A DNA stretch of 63,773 nt, the filler included, from Aduncisulcus paluster (lineage: Eukaryota): the NCBI GenBank assembly GCA_024181965.1. It is 5 parts of 5 records of this genome, joined end to end, with 100 filler letters (N's around TTAATTAATTAA, not from the genome) between each part and the next. Parts side by side here need not be neighbours in the genome. Positions count along the whole stretch, not along the records: positions 46,241 to 55,291 come from BQXS01012472.1; positions 55,392 to 61,327 come from BQXS01012473.1; 3 more parts are not named here. One strand, 5' to 3'. Position numbers and translations under genes: made by a program. The notes beneath the pieces are model-generated. The model was given only the letters and a program-made list of their open reading frames with translations, ran no database searches and had not been told where the DNA came from. Shown piece after piece: positions 48,277-61,427 of this stretch; the first letter of the stretch is position 1, and each line of letters starts with the position of its first letter.

Positions 48277-48602
48277 CCTGAAAGTCAAGCAAATATCGCT
48301 TAATTGAACGAAGTATTCGATTGGATCAACAAATCAAATATTACAAATAGATAATACTATTTTGGTTTGTAAAAATAAGCAGTTATATGATATAATCCAA
48401 TCAAATTTTCATTTATGAACTCATTGCACAGCTGGAGAAAACATCATTTCAAGAGTTATTTAATTATAAATTCAAATTTTTTACTTTAAATATTTTAATT
48501 TCCTGTAATTATATGCTTGATACTACATCATATAATAAAATTAATGCACATCATGAACCCGCATCTATTTTCTCCGAATTTTTGACTGTTTTTCTTGAAA
48601 AA

Positions 48603-50593
48603 ATGAATCTTAGTTCGCTTGCAAAACGGTTAAAAGACTATTCAAGCAAAAAATCCAAAGGTATGTTGTGTTGTTGTTCGTGCTTCCTTCATTTCTCGAT
48701 TTTTATCATTTTTCCGTTTCTGATTATGCATATTACACATTTTCATTTTTAGAACCTGTTGACCCAATAGAGATAGAAAAAGAAACAAGCCGCATATTAT
48801 ACTCGAAAGCTTCTTTTTCTCGATTCTCATCTGACTATATGTCAAAACAAAAAGATGGAATTATACCAAGATTTTTTCACAAAATATCTCCTGAAGTTAG
48901 ACAAGATTATATTGAATATCATAGAAGAACAAGAACAGCTTTATTGCGCAAAATAGATTCAGACTTGCTTACCGATGAAGTTTTGGCCGAATTAGAAAAA
49001 TGTTTATCCAATCGATGTAGAAATGCCGAAATTTCTGCATTAACAAAGAAATTAATGCTTCTTCCTGAAGTTGCACAAGAATTGGATGAAGATTATTCTT
49101 TTTCTCCTTTACTTCTCACATATAATGATTTTGTCTTAATTGGTGATGAAATGAAGAAAAAATTCCCAGAAACTTTATCATTACGACGTTATTTTTCTCC
49201 TCGAGTGTTTTATAGTCTCCCGAATGCTTCCTGTTTATTTGCTGATTTCAAAGCTCTGCGATCCTCTCTCACCAAAGTGATTGTTGATCAAGAAAAGAAG
49301 AAATTGGCTGAGTCATCCTCTGTATCAGCTCCCAAATCTCTCGATAATCCTGATATCTTTGAACTTGTCAAGAATTTAATCGATCGTGTGTCAACATTGT
49401 GTTCAGAACTTGACGAATGCGATCCATCATCCGTGATTAAAGCCGATGATCTCTTATATTTCATAACACGTGACACCCATCTTCAGAGGATGAGGATATC
49501 GTTATCAATATACGATTCCGAGGGTGCTGGATATCTCTGTGAGGAAGATCTCGATGTTTTCGTGTGCGATTCATTGAAATCTATGCCCGAAGTCAATGCT
49601 TTGATCCCCGTTCAAATGGAAAAATACTACAGAGCGTTGGTTATTGAGTATTTTATGTTTTTTTTAGACAAAAAACGTCGAGGAATTATCAAAGTTGACG
49701 ATCTCGCAGCCTCCCCCATTCTCGAGAAATTCCTTGACTCGACAGCTGAAGCTATTCCTGATGAACTTGCATATTTTGCCAAGGATGAACCACCTAACTT
49801 GAGGGAATTGGAAACCTTAAATTGGCTCCACCCAAAAATAGCCGTGCACCGAATTTATATTTTATTCCTATCACTGGACTCCGATAAAAGCGGTTTGTTG
49901 ACAAAAGAAGACTTTCAAGCTATCCACGATCAAGGATTGAATCCCGTGATTGCTTCGAGAGTATTTTATGTTTTGCGCACCTTTGACGGTCTTTTGGACA
50001 TGAAAGGATACATTCAATTCCTTCTGGCCGTGTGTTTCCCCAAAGAAGAACGTTCCAAGCGATTCTTTTTTGATTTGTTTGACCTGACGGGTCAAGGAAG
50101 GGTGACAAATTATGACATTCACTCCATCTTCAAAGGAATTGCCGCACAAATCAACAAATATAGTCCTGCAGACGAAGAAGACATTGGGTCTGAGGATGTT
50201 ATTACTAGTGTTTTTGACTCTTTGGAAGTACGCGATGAAGAGAGAAAGGAAGGAGAACCGCGTTATTTTGAATTGTCTGATGTCTTGTCATCCAAATCTG
50301 GCCATTTATACCCCTTTTTGCTGCTTTCTGCCTCATCTTTCCTCGACTATGAGTCCAGAGAGAAAGAAATGCTCGAACATTTTGTTTCTCATACCCATAT
50401 GCCTGAAGAAGAGGCCATTCTGAAGTCCATCGGTGTGAAGAATCTTGATATTATCATACAAACACACATGAGCTTTGGAGGACCTGGTGCTACAAGGAGT
50501 TTAGTTGCAAATTCAAGCGGTTCGACTGGAGTGTCTGGAAGTCTAGGTCTCGATGGATTTGCAGCGGCTTTCGATAAAATAAAAGAAATGTGA
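48603..50593 (+). CDS. PPP2R3C: PP2A regulatory subunit B'' gamma (TON2/FASS-like EF-hand); two exons (48603-48660, 48753-50593)
   Basis: IPRFF, RISLSIYDSEGAGYLCEEDL, FMFFLDKKRRG, FLSLDSDKSGLL, FDLFDLTGQG. Confidence 0.88.
48661..48752 (+). other. Spliceosomal intron, 92 nt
   Basis: GTATGTTG...CATTTTTAG, phase 1 (G|AA), in frame with ATG 48603. Confidence 0.88.
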
Positions 50594-50853
50594 ATATCTC
50601 CATATCAAATATTTGAATTGTATTATTCTTCTTTTGTTTCCCCATGACATTTTAGATTGATTTTTCCTATCTTGCCAAGAAAGATAGTATTCAAATAAAT
50701 AAAAACAATTTTATCTCATATCATGAATATATGTTTCATTTATGATACTATTACCATTGTTACTCATGACAACATCCAAAAAATATCTTTTTCCCTTTTT
50801 GTACTTAATTCGAGACGATACCCAAACATTCTAATTCTTAAAGGTTATATTGA

Positions 50854-53800
50854 ATGACTATCTCTTCGGTATTTACTAGCTTGATGGGAAATATATTCTC
50901 AGCCGTAAAAAATGACTCAATTTCAGTTTCTTGGACTAATTCTTCAATACATTTTGAATCCACTTTGATAAAATGTCTTCTAACTCCATTATTATTATTA
51001 TTTATCTCAATTCCTATCCTTTTAAATTGTTTTCATGCAAATCTCACCGATCCATCAGAATTCTCAGTGTGTGATCTTTCTTCAACATATTCACTCAAAA
51101 GATCCATTATGCTTCAAAATGTGTATCATTATCACGATATTTTTGTTTGTGCTAATGAGATTCCCTCAGCTCATAATTTCTGTCATCAATTCATTTTTTC
51201 TTATCCAGTTCTTAATTTTCATAAAATTACCGATTCGAGTTTTTATTTCAATTATATGAATTATTTTTATTGTAATTATGGTGATTCTTATGTTAATTCT
51301 GTTCATGCCAACCCTTTTGTTTTCCATTCTTCTCAAGACAAAACATCATCTTTCCAACCCATTCCAAGATTGAATTCTCAATCAAATGGTTGTTTATCTC
51401 AATATTTTCCCCAAATTTCGATATGCGAACGTGTCCATTATATGTTGTTATCACATCCTATTGTTCTTCTTGCTTCTCTTCTCATTGGTCTTGCTCTTGG
51501 CGGTAAAAAAATAAGAAGCAAACTAAGTAGATTTAAAAGCATTTCTGACATAGTTCCGACAATATGGCCACCTATTTCGATATTCCAGCAATCTTTGAAT
51601 TCTGTTTCTATCTCAAGATCAGCCTCTCGATCTGATCATAAATTTTCCTCTTTTATTTCTTTTCGTATCCCAACTGTCCTCATATTCTTGGCTATCCTAA
51701 GCCTTTCCTTCCAGTCTGTCCGTGGTGATGCCTTGTCTGAGGAATGTTCCATGTATCTCTATGATGACAACCATTTGGTCTGCAATGAGGTATATCACGG
51801 TCGTTATGCAGCTGAGTGTGCAAATGGGTTCTATTACAACGAGTCCTCTGGTTTATGTGTTGCTGAAGATTCTTCATTTACATGCCCCACAGATATCGAT
51901 GAGAAGCACATGTGCATCCTCGCCAATGGAGATACTTCTCTTTCTTTGGGATGTCGATCTGCCTGGCATGGAACTAATTGTGATGAGCTGTATAAAGTGC
52001 ATATTCCAGATAAATTATTCAGAGGAAAAGTGTGTGAAAATGCTTCCAATTCTGATCCCCTTTGTGATATCTCTAAGTTTGAGATGGCTACGTTAACCGT
52101 AAACTTTCTGGCATTGGCAGAAAGAATTTCATCTTTTGAAGGTGTTCAATATTTAATTAATGATTATTTCTTTGCTGGAAGAGATACTGATATTACAAGT
52201 GTGAACAATCTTGCAAGTATGAGACATCTAACTACTCTTTATATACATCAAGAAACAGAACAAGCTTCTATAAATATATACGATTTGAATTCATTAATCA
52301 AATTGAGTAGGTTATATAATTTCTCTATTTATACTAATGAACGGGTTTTCGATATCTCCGTTATGTTTCGGAACATTGGTATATTCCATATATATACGTC
52401 AAATACAAGTTATACGTTTGGAAGAATTCCACTATGTCGATTCGAATCAGATGGAGATTATTGGAATCTTCTTCGAATTATTTTCCCTATTCACAATATT
52501 GTTTCTGCAAGCTCACAACAACAATTTTTCCTCGCCAATAGCTGCCCTCTTATGGCTGGGAATAATTCCTGTTCGGGTCATTCAGATTGTCCTTCTATCA
52601 TTCTGAATGAAGTGTACAACAGTGTTGATAGTATTAATCAGAAACAATGCGCATTCATTGCGAAGGAAGGGACCAGTGGTGAGTGTTACACTGTCCATGA
52701 TGACTACATAAGAAGTTATCTGACTCTTTATTGTTCGTGCAGTCTTACCTCTGGAATCATAACAGTTGCCACCATGCGAAGTGCTCTCTCATGTACTGAT
52801 TCCTCATTGTCACTATCAGATGTTACATCGACATTGACTGTGTCTCTAGATGCTATCACAACCCTACAAGGTCTTGAGTATGCCACCTCGTTGACATTTT
52901 TGGATGTTTCCGGGTATGATTTGAGTGGAGATACCAACCCCAATGCTGAGTATGACAAGTTGGTGGTTCAGATCTTAGCGAAGGCANNNNNNNNNNNNNN
53001 NNNNNNCACTGTCCATGATGACTACATAAGAAGTTATCTGACTCTTTATTGTTCGTGCAGTCTTACCTCTGGAATCATAACAGTTGCCACCATGCGAAGT
53101 GCTCTCTCATGTACTGATTCCTCATTGTCACTATCAGATGTTACATCGACATTGACTGTGTCTCTAGATGCTATCACAACCCTACAAGGTCTTGAGTATG
53201 CCACCTCGTTGACATTTTTGGATGTTTCCGGGTATGATTTGAGTGGAGATACCAACCCCAATGCTGAGTATGACAAGTTGGTGGTTCAGATCTTAGCGAA
53301 GGCAGTGGCATATTCGAATGCTTTTGGTTCCATTAATTCCGGTCTTACATCTTTGTATGCAAGTGGATGTGGTTTGAGTGAAGTCAGTGATGTTCTTGAT
53401 CTGACTCCCATTGCTGATGGAGATATCTTGACAAAAAAATTTAAACTCACATCACTTGATATCTCGAATAATAATATCTCTGATGTATCTGTTCTCATCA
53501 CATCTGATTTGTTTTCAAGCGCTGTTTTGACAACCCTTGATATCAGCAACAACTCTATCTGTGACATTGAAGGAATGGTGAGTGAGTTATCAACTTATTT
53601 TGGAGCCGGTTTGGGTTCGATCACTTACTCTGACCAAACATGTCACTGCACTGCATCTGTGTCTTCTTCTGACCACCAAGTGTGTCGAGAAGTGTATCCC
53701 GATCGTTGGGCCGTTGAGTGTTGGAATGGGTACTATCTTGACAAAGCCAGTGGAGAGTGTCTTGAGGTATGTGCAAGTGGTTATGAGCTTGATTCTCCAA

Positions 53801-55291
53801 CTGGAACCCCGCCATATTCATGCACAACCGCTGCTTCAGATGTTGATGATTCTATTCGTCTCCAAGTATGTGAAAGACATTCAAACATGAAACCTGTTCT
53901 TGAAGTTGGTGCTACTTCCATAACATGTGGGTGCCGTGTAGCCTGGTATGGAGATGACTGTTACCAATTATATCAGGTGTATATTCCGGATGAGTTATTT
54001 AGAGAGAAAGTGTGTGATTATGCCGGATATGATATTACATTAGATCCACTTTGTGATGTCNNNNNNNNNNNNNNNNNNNNTCTGACCACCAAGTGGGTCG
54101 AGAAGTGTATCCCGATCGTTGGGCCGTTGAGTGGTGGAATGGGTACTATCTTGACAAAGCCAGTGGAGAGTGTCTTGAGGTATGTGCAAGTGGTTATGAG
54201 CTTGATTCTCCAACTGGAACCCCGCCATATTCATGCACAACCGCTGCTTCAGATGTTGATGATTCTATTCGTCTCCAAGTATGTGAAAGACATTCAAACA
54301 TGAAACCTGTTCTTGAAGTTGGTGCTACTTCCATAACATGTGGGTGCCGTGTAGCCTGGTATGGAGATGACTGTGACCAATTATATCAGGTGTATATTCC
54401 GGATGAGTTATTTAGAGAGAAAGTGTGTGATTATGCCGGATATGATATTACATTAGATCCACTTTGTGATGTCTCAGAGTTTGAAATGGCTGGTATAAAT
54501 GGGTCTTTTTATTCGTATGGATACCATATTACGTCCTTTGAAGGTGCTCAGTATTTGATAAACATTTATCTTTTCTCTGGATCAAATACAGATGTAACAT
54601 CAATTTATCCTATTTCTTTCCTTGAACAACTCTCATTCTTATCTTTTAATCAGACTTCATCTACATATGATGCCAATATTTATGATTTCAATTCTTTATT
54701 CACATTGAATAGATTGAATGGATTGTATATTTATGGGAATGAACAAATCTATGATATATCTGTCTCATATAGGAATGTTGGATTGTCTAAGATGTATATT
54801 GCGCATACATCTCATTCTGCATTCATACCTCTCTGTAGATCAGAAGATGATACCGATTATTGGACATTTATAACGACTATCTTTCCAATTCATTCCTCAG
54901 ATTATAAGGACACTATCTATATTCCCAATAGCTGTCCTCTCAACTCTGATCCTGGGAACTCCCCATATAACTGTGATACTTCAAATGCTTCATGCCCTTC
55001 AATAGTTCTGAATGAGGTGTACAACAGTGTGGATGGTGTGAACGCGAAACAATGTGCATTCATTGCGAAGGAAGGGACCAGTGGTGAGTGTTACACTGTC
55101 CATGATGACTACATAAGAAGTTATCTGACTCTTTATTGTTCGTGCAGTCTTACCTCTGGAATCATAACAGTTGCCACCATGCGAAGTGCTCTCTCATGTA
55201 CTGATTCCTCATTGTCACTATCAGATGTTACATCGACATTGACTGTGTCTCTAGATGCTATCACAACCCTACAAGGTCTTGAGTATGCCAC
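50854..55291 (+). CDS. Large LRR plus Cys-rich (EGF-like) surface protein; 3'-truncated, with gap duplications
   Basis: Repeating modules C.EVY..R.A.EC..G.Y, GCR.AW.G..C, IPD.LFR.KVC, LTSLDISNNNISDVSVL; hydrophobic signal-like segment before DALSEEC. Confidence 0.85.
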
Positions 55292-55391
55292 NNNNNNNNN
55301 NNNNNNNNNNNNNNNNNNNNNNNNNNNNNNNNNNNTTAATTAATTAANNNNNNNNNNNNNNNNNNNNNNNNNNNNNNNNNNNNNNNNNNNN
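55292..55391. other. Artificial contig linker
   Basis: N44-TTAATTAATTAA-N44. Confidence 0.98.
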
Positions 55392-56002
55392 GAAGCATAA
55401 CTCACATCAAGAGAGACAAGATTCGTGAGATTGGAGATGGTTGAGAAACTCGTCAGTGAGGAACAGTTGTTTGCAGTCAAGGTCGTGATTGAGGTTGGAA
55501 TGGAAGAGAACGAGGACAATGCAGTGTAACTAACATCAAGAGATGTGAAAGTTGATGATGAAGAAGAAGAAGAGGATGGGAATAGAGCAGAATTTGTCAA
55601 ATCATACGATGGATTGTCATTCAAAGAGAGTGTTGTAAGATTTGTGAATGATGTGAAATCTGTGTCTGGACTAACATTACATCCATCAGCATAGAGGATG
55701 GAAATTGAGGTTGGAGGGGAAGAGAGTAAAGAAGAGAAGTCTAAAACATTTGAAGCATAACTCACATCAAGAGAGACAAGATTCGTGAGATTGGAGATGG
55801 TTGAGAAACTCGTCAGTGAGGAACAGTTGTTTGCAGTCAAGGTCGTGATTGAGGTTGGAATGGAAGAGAACGAGGACAATGCAGTGTAACTAACATCAAG
55901 AGATGTGAAAGTTGATGATGAAGAAGAAGAAGAGGATGGGAATAGAGCAGAATTTGTCAAATCATACGATGGATTGTCATTCAAAGAGAGTGTTGTAAGA
56001 TT
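55392..56002. repeat. 360-bp-period tandem repeat encoding Ser/Thr-rich LRR blocks
   Basis: 55392-55642 appears identical to 55752-56002. Confidence 0.85.
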
Positions 56003-59000
56003 GGGGAAGATAGAGAAATCACTATCAGCAGCAAGATAGACAGCCTCAAGAGACAACTCAACGAGGGACAAAGGAAGGTATCCAAGATCAGTATTCCCAA
56101 TGGACACAGAACTAGACGAAGTGCCAGAGATAGACAAAGATGTGAGATTCACAGCATGTTGAAGACCTTCAAGGGAGTCCACAATGGAAGCATGCACAGA
56201 AGTCACGGTTGTCATGTCTGAAAGAGTCAAATCATCACAGGAGGAATCATGAGCAGTTGGATTAACAACAGACAAACACACAGCACTTCGAAGGTTGGAA
56301 TCGGGAATATAAACATATTCATATGTATCTCCATGGAAACCAGATCGACATCCACATGTGATGTATGAAGCCCCAACTTCAAGAGTTGGAACAACATCGT
56401 CATCTTTCCTCTCACACACTTGACAACGGATGGATTCCTCGGTTGTTTTAGCTTTCACACAAGTATTCGTGGTTTTATCCAAGAAATACCCATGCCAGCA
56501 CTCAACTTGGAACTCACCATCAGAGCGTTGACGACAGGTCTTGTGTGCAGAAAAGGACACATCAGTGCCAAACTCGGAGTCATAGCATGGACATGTGGAT
56601 TGCTCATGTGAAACAATGCTCGAGAGGTTTGTGAAATATGATTGCAGCCTTGATACAACATTATCAATGTCACAGATGGAGTTGCCACTGATGTTCAGAG
56701 ATGTTAAAGTATCGGAAGGAAACATGGATGATGTGATGAGAACTGACACGTCGGGGATGGAGTTGTTTGAAAGATCCAAAGATGTCAGCTTGAAGGGTCG
56801 TGTGGCATCATCTCCTTCCACAATCGGAGTTAAGTCAAGAACATCACTGACATCACTCAATCCACATCCACTTGCAGATAAAGATGTAAGACCAGAATCA
56901 ATGTTACCATAATCATTCGAACGTATCACTGCTTTTGCCAAGATCTGAACGACCAACTTATCATACTCAGCATTGGGATTGACATCTCCACTCAAGTCAT
57001 ACCCATCAATGTTTAAAGTTGTCAATCCAACGGGATTATTTGAGGAATCAGTACCTTGAGCATACTCAAGACCTTGAAGAGTTGTGATATCATTCACTGA
57101 CGACAAGCCCATAGATCTTGCAATCGTGGACAGATTGAGTGAGGAACATCTCAAAGAACTCCTCAAAGTAGCAACACTGATCACACCATTGGTTTCAATG
57201 TCAGAACTACTCAGACATCCGTTTGAAGGTTCGGATAAGAAAGCACGGATATTGTCATCATGAACAGTGTAACACTCGCCATTGATTCCTTCCTTCGCAA
57301 TGAATGCANNNNNNNNNNNNNNNNNNNNAATGTTTAAAGTTGTCAATCCAACGGGATTATTTGAGGAATCAGTACCTTGAGCATACTCAAGACCTTGAAG
57401 AGTTGTGATATCATTCACTGACGACAAGCCCATAGATCTTGCAATCGTGGACAGATTGAGTGAGGAACATCTCAAAGAACTCCTCAAAGTAGCAACACTG
57501 ATCACACCATTGGTTTCAATGTCAGAACTACTCAGACATCCGTTTGAAGGTTCGGATAAGAAAGCACGGATATTGTCATCATGAACAGTGTAACACTCGC
57601 CATTGATTCCTTCCTTCGCAATGAATGCACACTGTTTCTTGTTCACCCCATCAACACTGTTGTACACTCCATTCAGAACAATCGAGGGGCATTCACTCTT
57701 AATATTAGGGTCACAGCTGTATGGGCGGTTTCCTGGTTTTTCGTTGAGTGGGCAGTTGTTGGGGAGGTAATTTCTATCTTTCGAGGTATCAAAATGTACT
57801 TTAGAAGTACTACTATTGTGTATAGGAAACACTGAACGAATGAATGACCAATAAGCATCATCCGATTCTGAACGACAAAGGGAATTCTTGAGATGGAATA
57901 GTAAGTATTACCTATTTCTAATATATACATCCCAATATTTCTAAACAATACAGAAATATCATAGATTCGTATGTTTCCATAAATTTCAATCCATGTTAAC
58001 CTGCTTAATCCAGATAAATCGTTTAAATCATAAACATTTGTGGCGCGGTATGAATAAATTCGACGTCTAATATATAGAGAATTCAATTGTTTAAGATTAC
58101 TAAAGGGATTGATGCTTGTTATGTTGGTTGAGTTTCCATTAAATGAACGAACATTTATCAAATATTGTGATCCTTCAAAGGTTAAAATGTTGGAAATGGA
58201 GGCATTAAAATAACCGCTTATCCTAGCCATCTCAAACTCAGTGACATCACACAACATTTCACCATATCCCGCAGCATCACAGACCTTCTCTCTGAACAAC
58301 TTGTCAGGGATATGTACGGAATACAATTGGTCACAATCATCACCATACCAGGCAGATCGACACCCAAGAGAAGGAGACGAATCTTCATCCGTGGATAAAA
58401 CACACATGTGATGACCAGAGACATACAACGGACATTTCTTTGCAGAATCATAAACACATTTACGTGTATAAGAGGATTCATCATAATAATACCCATCGTC
58501 ACACTCGGCTGCATATCGGCCAGGATACAGTTCGTTGCATGTCATATGATCATCTCCAGAAATATACATTGAGCATTCTTCAGAGAAACCATAGCCAAAG
58601 ACAGACTGGAAAGAAGAACTAAGAGCAACCAAGAATATGAGGATTGAAAGAATAGAGCAATTAGAAGAGGATGAAATAGTCATTGATCCCATAGTTTGAC
58701 ATACTTTCCTTGTTCTCTTGTGGCTCTTTGGGATGAATAGAAGCATTGGTAGCATGATAAAGAATGACAGGATGACTTGGAAGTGTGGCTCGGATGAGGT
58801 GAGGAATCCACCATGAGGAGCAGTTTGAATGTCTATATCATTAAGATGACTTTGTGATATTCCATCGGAATCTATGAAAGATTGTTGAATGTGACGGGCA
58901 GACACGCATGAAGAAGATCTGCTGGAGCGGGCAGAGAATGGATGGAGAGTGCAGAGTCCAAGGAATAAAATAATCAATGATGTTGCAATAATAATGAGAA

Positions 59001-59106
59001 TGCTCAATTTTGAGGGTTCATTTTGGGTAATGTTGGGGTTAGAAATGTCAACTCCATGAGGCAGTACTTTAACGAATTTAGGTGGCCACTTTTGAATAAA
59101 TCTCAT
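55392..59106 (-). CDS. Paralogous LRR/Cys-rich surface protein with a 1-nt frameshift near 57880; 3'-truncated
   Basis: Collinear with 50854-55291. Adding one C at 57880-57882 gives RIPLCRSESDDAYWSFIRSVFPIH, matching the paralogue. Confidence 0.82.
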
Positions 59107-59957
59107 GATATTGCAGAATTAATGATAAAATGATTTTTAAAAATATTTCATCAGAAGAAATGAAAGAGATTTCAATGAGTTTTGTAATGGATCAGATTGA
59201 CCTTCTTAAATGATAATAATGATGATATTATTGGCGATAAAATATCAATATATGTTTCAAATATCGACTTTAAAATTATATTTTATATTCTTTGTGGGTC
59301 TAAGTAGCGATTTGAGGAATCCAATCGTAGATCAAAAGAATACAATTAATATAATGGTCATAAAATTATTTACATTTGATATAAAAAACTTATCCTCATT
59401 CTTATTGGGAAAAAACAATCTAATTCCATCCAATATAGACATTCTGAATTTGTGTTGAACTGAAAATAATTGAAATTGAATTGAAAAAGTTATTCAAATT
59501 TAACAACGATTGGAAGTTGTATAAAATAATTATATTAATGTTTCCAATACCACCTGCAAAAGAGCCTTTTTGAATTTCAAAGTTTGACTCATTAATCAGC
59601 ACTCCAATCCTCACATGAATGTCATCAAATTCATATATTTCTCACCAATAGACAAATCTCTTTTCTCCAGATGTGTTGTCGTTTGACACCCTATTCCAAA
59701 CGTCGGGAAAAAAAAATTGTGTTATTCGAAGCCTTCAAATTAACTCGAAATCCAGATATATATGATTGTAGAAATTAGTAGTTCCAAATCTCTCTTTAAT
59801 ATTCATCATCGTGTCAATTTTTTTGATCAATTATCATAATGTCAAGCCTTGACATCATTTTTTGATAATTTGAGGCCACAATCGTTCGTCTCCATCCATC
59901 ATTTTCCAATCGTGTCATTTTTTATTGTCGATCCAGGACAGGTTTGTTCCAATTAAC

Positions 59958-60362
59958 ATGAAGATAGTTCACGTTCCAACTCCTTGTAAATTTGTCGAGG
60001 CCATGGAAGAGGCAAAGAAGACATATAAACTTGTTTTCGCCCTATTTACTGGAGAAAAGGCTGCTGATGGTTCGTCATGGTGTCCCGATTGTGTAAGAGC
60101 TGATCCTATTATAAAAAAACATTTAGAAACTCTTCCCGATGTTTGTTTACTTGAATGTGCTGTTAAAAGGAGCGAATATAAAGGAAACCCTAAATATCCT
60201 TATAGATGTGGTAAATTTAGAGTTGCTGGGGGTATTCCAACATTACATTGGGTCAATGCTCCTTCTGGATTTGATGTTCCTCCTGTTGGCGAAAAGGATT
60301 GCTCTAATGATGAGATGGTCAAAATGTGGGTATCTTTTGTTAAAGAATCCATTTCAAAATAA
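59958..60362 (+). CDS. TXNDC17: Thioredoxin domain-containing protein 17 (TRP14)
   Basis: ALFTG...DGSSWCPDCVRADP active site; GIPTL cis-Pro loop. Confidence 0.88.
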   Translation: MKIVHVPTPCKFVEAMEEAKKTYKLVFALFTGEKAADGSSWCPDCVRADPIIKKHLETLPDVCLLECAVKRSEYKGNPKYPYRCGKFRVAGGIPTLHWVNAPSGFDVPPVGEKDCSNDEMVKMWVSFVKESISK

Positions 60363-60537
60363 TCTTAATATAAATAAAATTATCAAAAAAAAGCCATTTA
60401 ACAATCTTTATCCGGAAAAAAATTGATTTATTTCGTTTCAAACATAAAATTCATAAACAACTTGTTTAATTTGAAATTCTGATTTTTTTAAGATGATTCT
60501 AATGAAGCTCATAACATCAAAAGGTCCAAAAAATCCC

Positions 60538-61327
60538 TTATTTAAATGCTAATTTCCCCTCACTCCACCATTTTAAAATAACACATACGACACTACCACT
60601 CAAGGCTCTTCCTTTATCACTAATCTTCTTAATATAAGAAGAATCATCTCTTGGATCAATATCTCCAACTTTAAACCCTTTTCGTGGTACATAAAACCCT
60701 TCGTGTAACATACCTCTGACCATCCCAGAGATCTTTGCCGGAATTTCCACTACATGATGAGAAAGAGACGATTTTGGTTCATCATGGTGATCAAAACTCT
60801 TCTTTTCTTTTAATTCAGTTGCAGAAATCCTCGAAATATGCTCATTATAATCATCTTTGGACTCGAAAAGAATAGCAACAGATTCTTTTTTTTCAACGTG
60901 ACTACCAATGTCTTTCAGTACATGAATATATCCCGAACATGGCGATCTAAGGACTCTTTCAGTGCTACAACCCATGATGACACCAGGACAATGCGTGTTC
61001 GGAGATGCTTCTCCTTTTGTAATAATTCGAGATAATAAATGACCCCTGTTCGTTTCAATGACAACTGAGCAATCTACAGGGGCACTAAAACCAGGACCAA
61101 GTCCAATTGTGAGTGGAGCAAGGGATGGACACAAGCCAATATTCTTCTTAGCAATGATGGCATCTACAATCACATGCGGACGATACCAGGAAAGACATCT
61201 CATCGATGGATCAATAATAATGGGTAAATAATTTGATAATCGCCGAGAAAGCATCGTTTGTGCTTCTTCTTGGGTTTCACAATAGCATCCTGTTATTCCT
61301 TCAACAGTGATGCTTTTTTTGGTATTA
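60538..61327 (-). CDS. yqeB: YqeB/EF2563-family selenium-dependent molybdenum hydroxylase system protein, 5'-truncated
   Basis: TVEGITG, IIIDP, VDAIIAKKNIG, APLTIGLGPGFSAPVDCSVVIETNRGH, ERVLRSP, GMVRGML, KVGDIDPR, ISDKGRALSGSV. Confidence 0.9.
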
Positions 61328-61427
61328 NNNNNNNNNNNNNNNNNNNNNNNNNNNNNNNNNNNNNNNNNNNNTTAATTAATTAANNNNNNNNNNNNNNNNN
61401 NNNNNNNNNNNNNNNNNNNNNNNNNNN
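61328..61427. other. Artificial contig linker
   Basis: N44-TTAATTAATTAA-N44. Confidence 0.98.

Noticed and set aside
17362..57630. Direct duplications of about 220-390 bp around each 20-N gap (17579, 28616, 29905, 44234, 52987, 54061, 57309)
   Set aside because: Every N20 gap has the same geometry and the copies are identical apart from a few T/G differences near ends. These are unmerged contig overlaps, not tandem domains.
50854..59106. Convergent arrangement of two LRR paralogues as an inverted or invertible locus
   Set aside because: They lie on different contigs joined by an artificial linker, so their adjacency carries no information.
59958..61327. TXNDC17 and yqeB as a redox/selenium gene cluster
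   Set aside because: Convergent neighbours in a eukaryote with no evidence of functional linkage.
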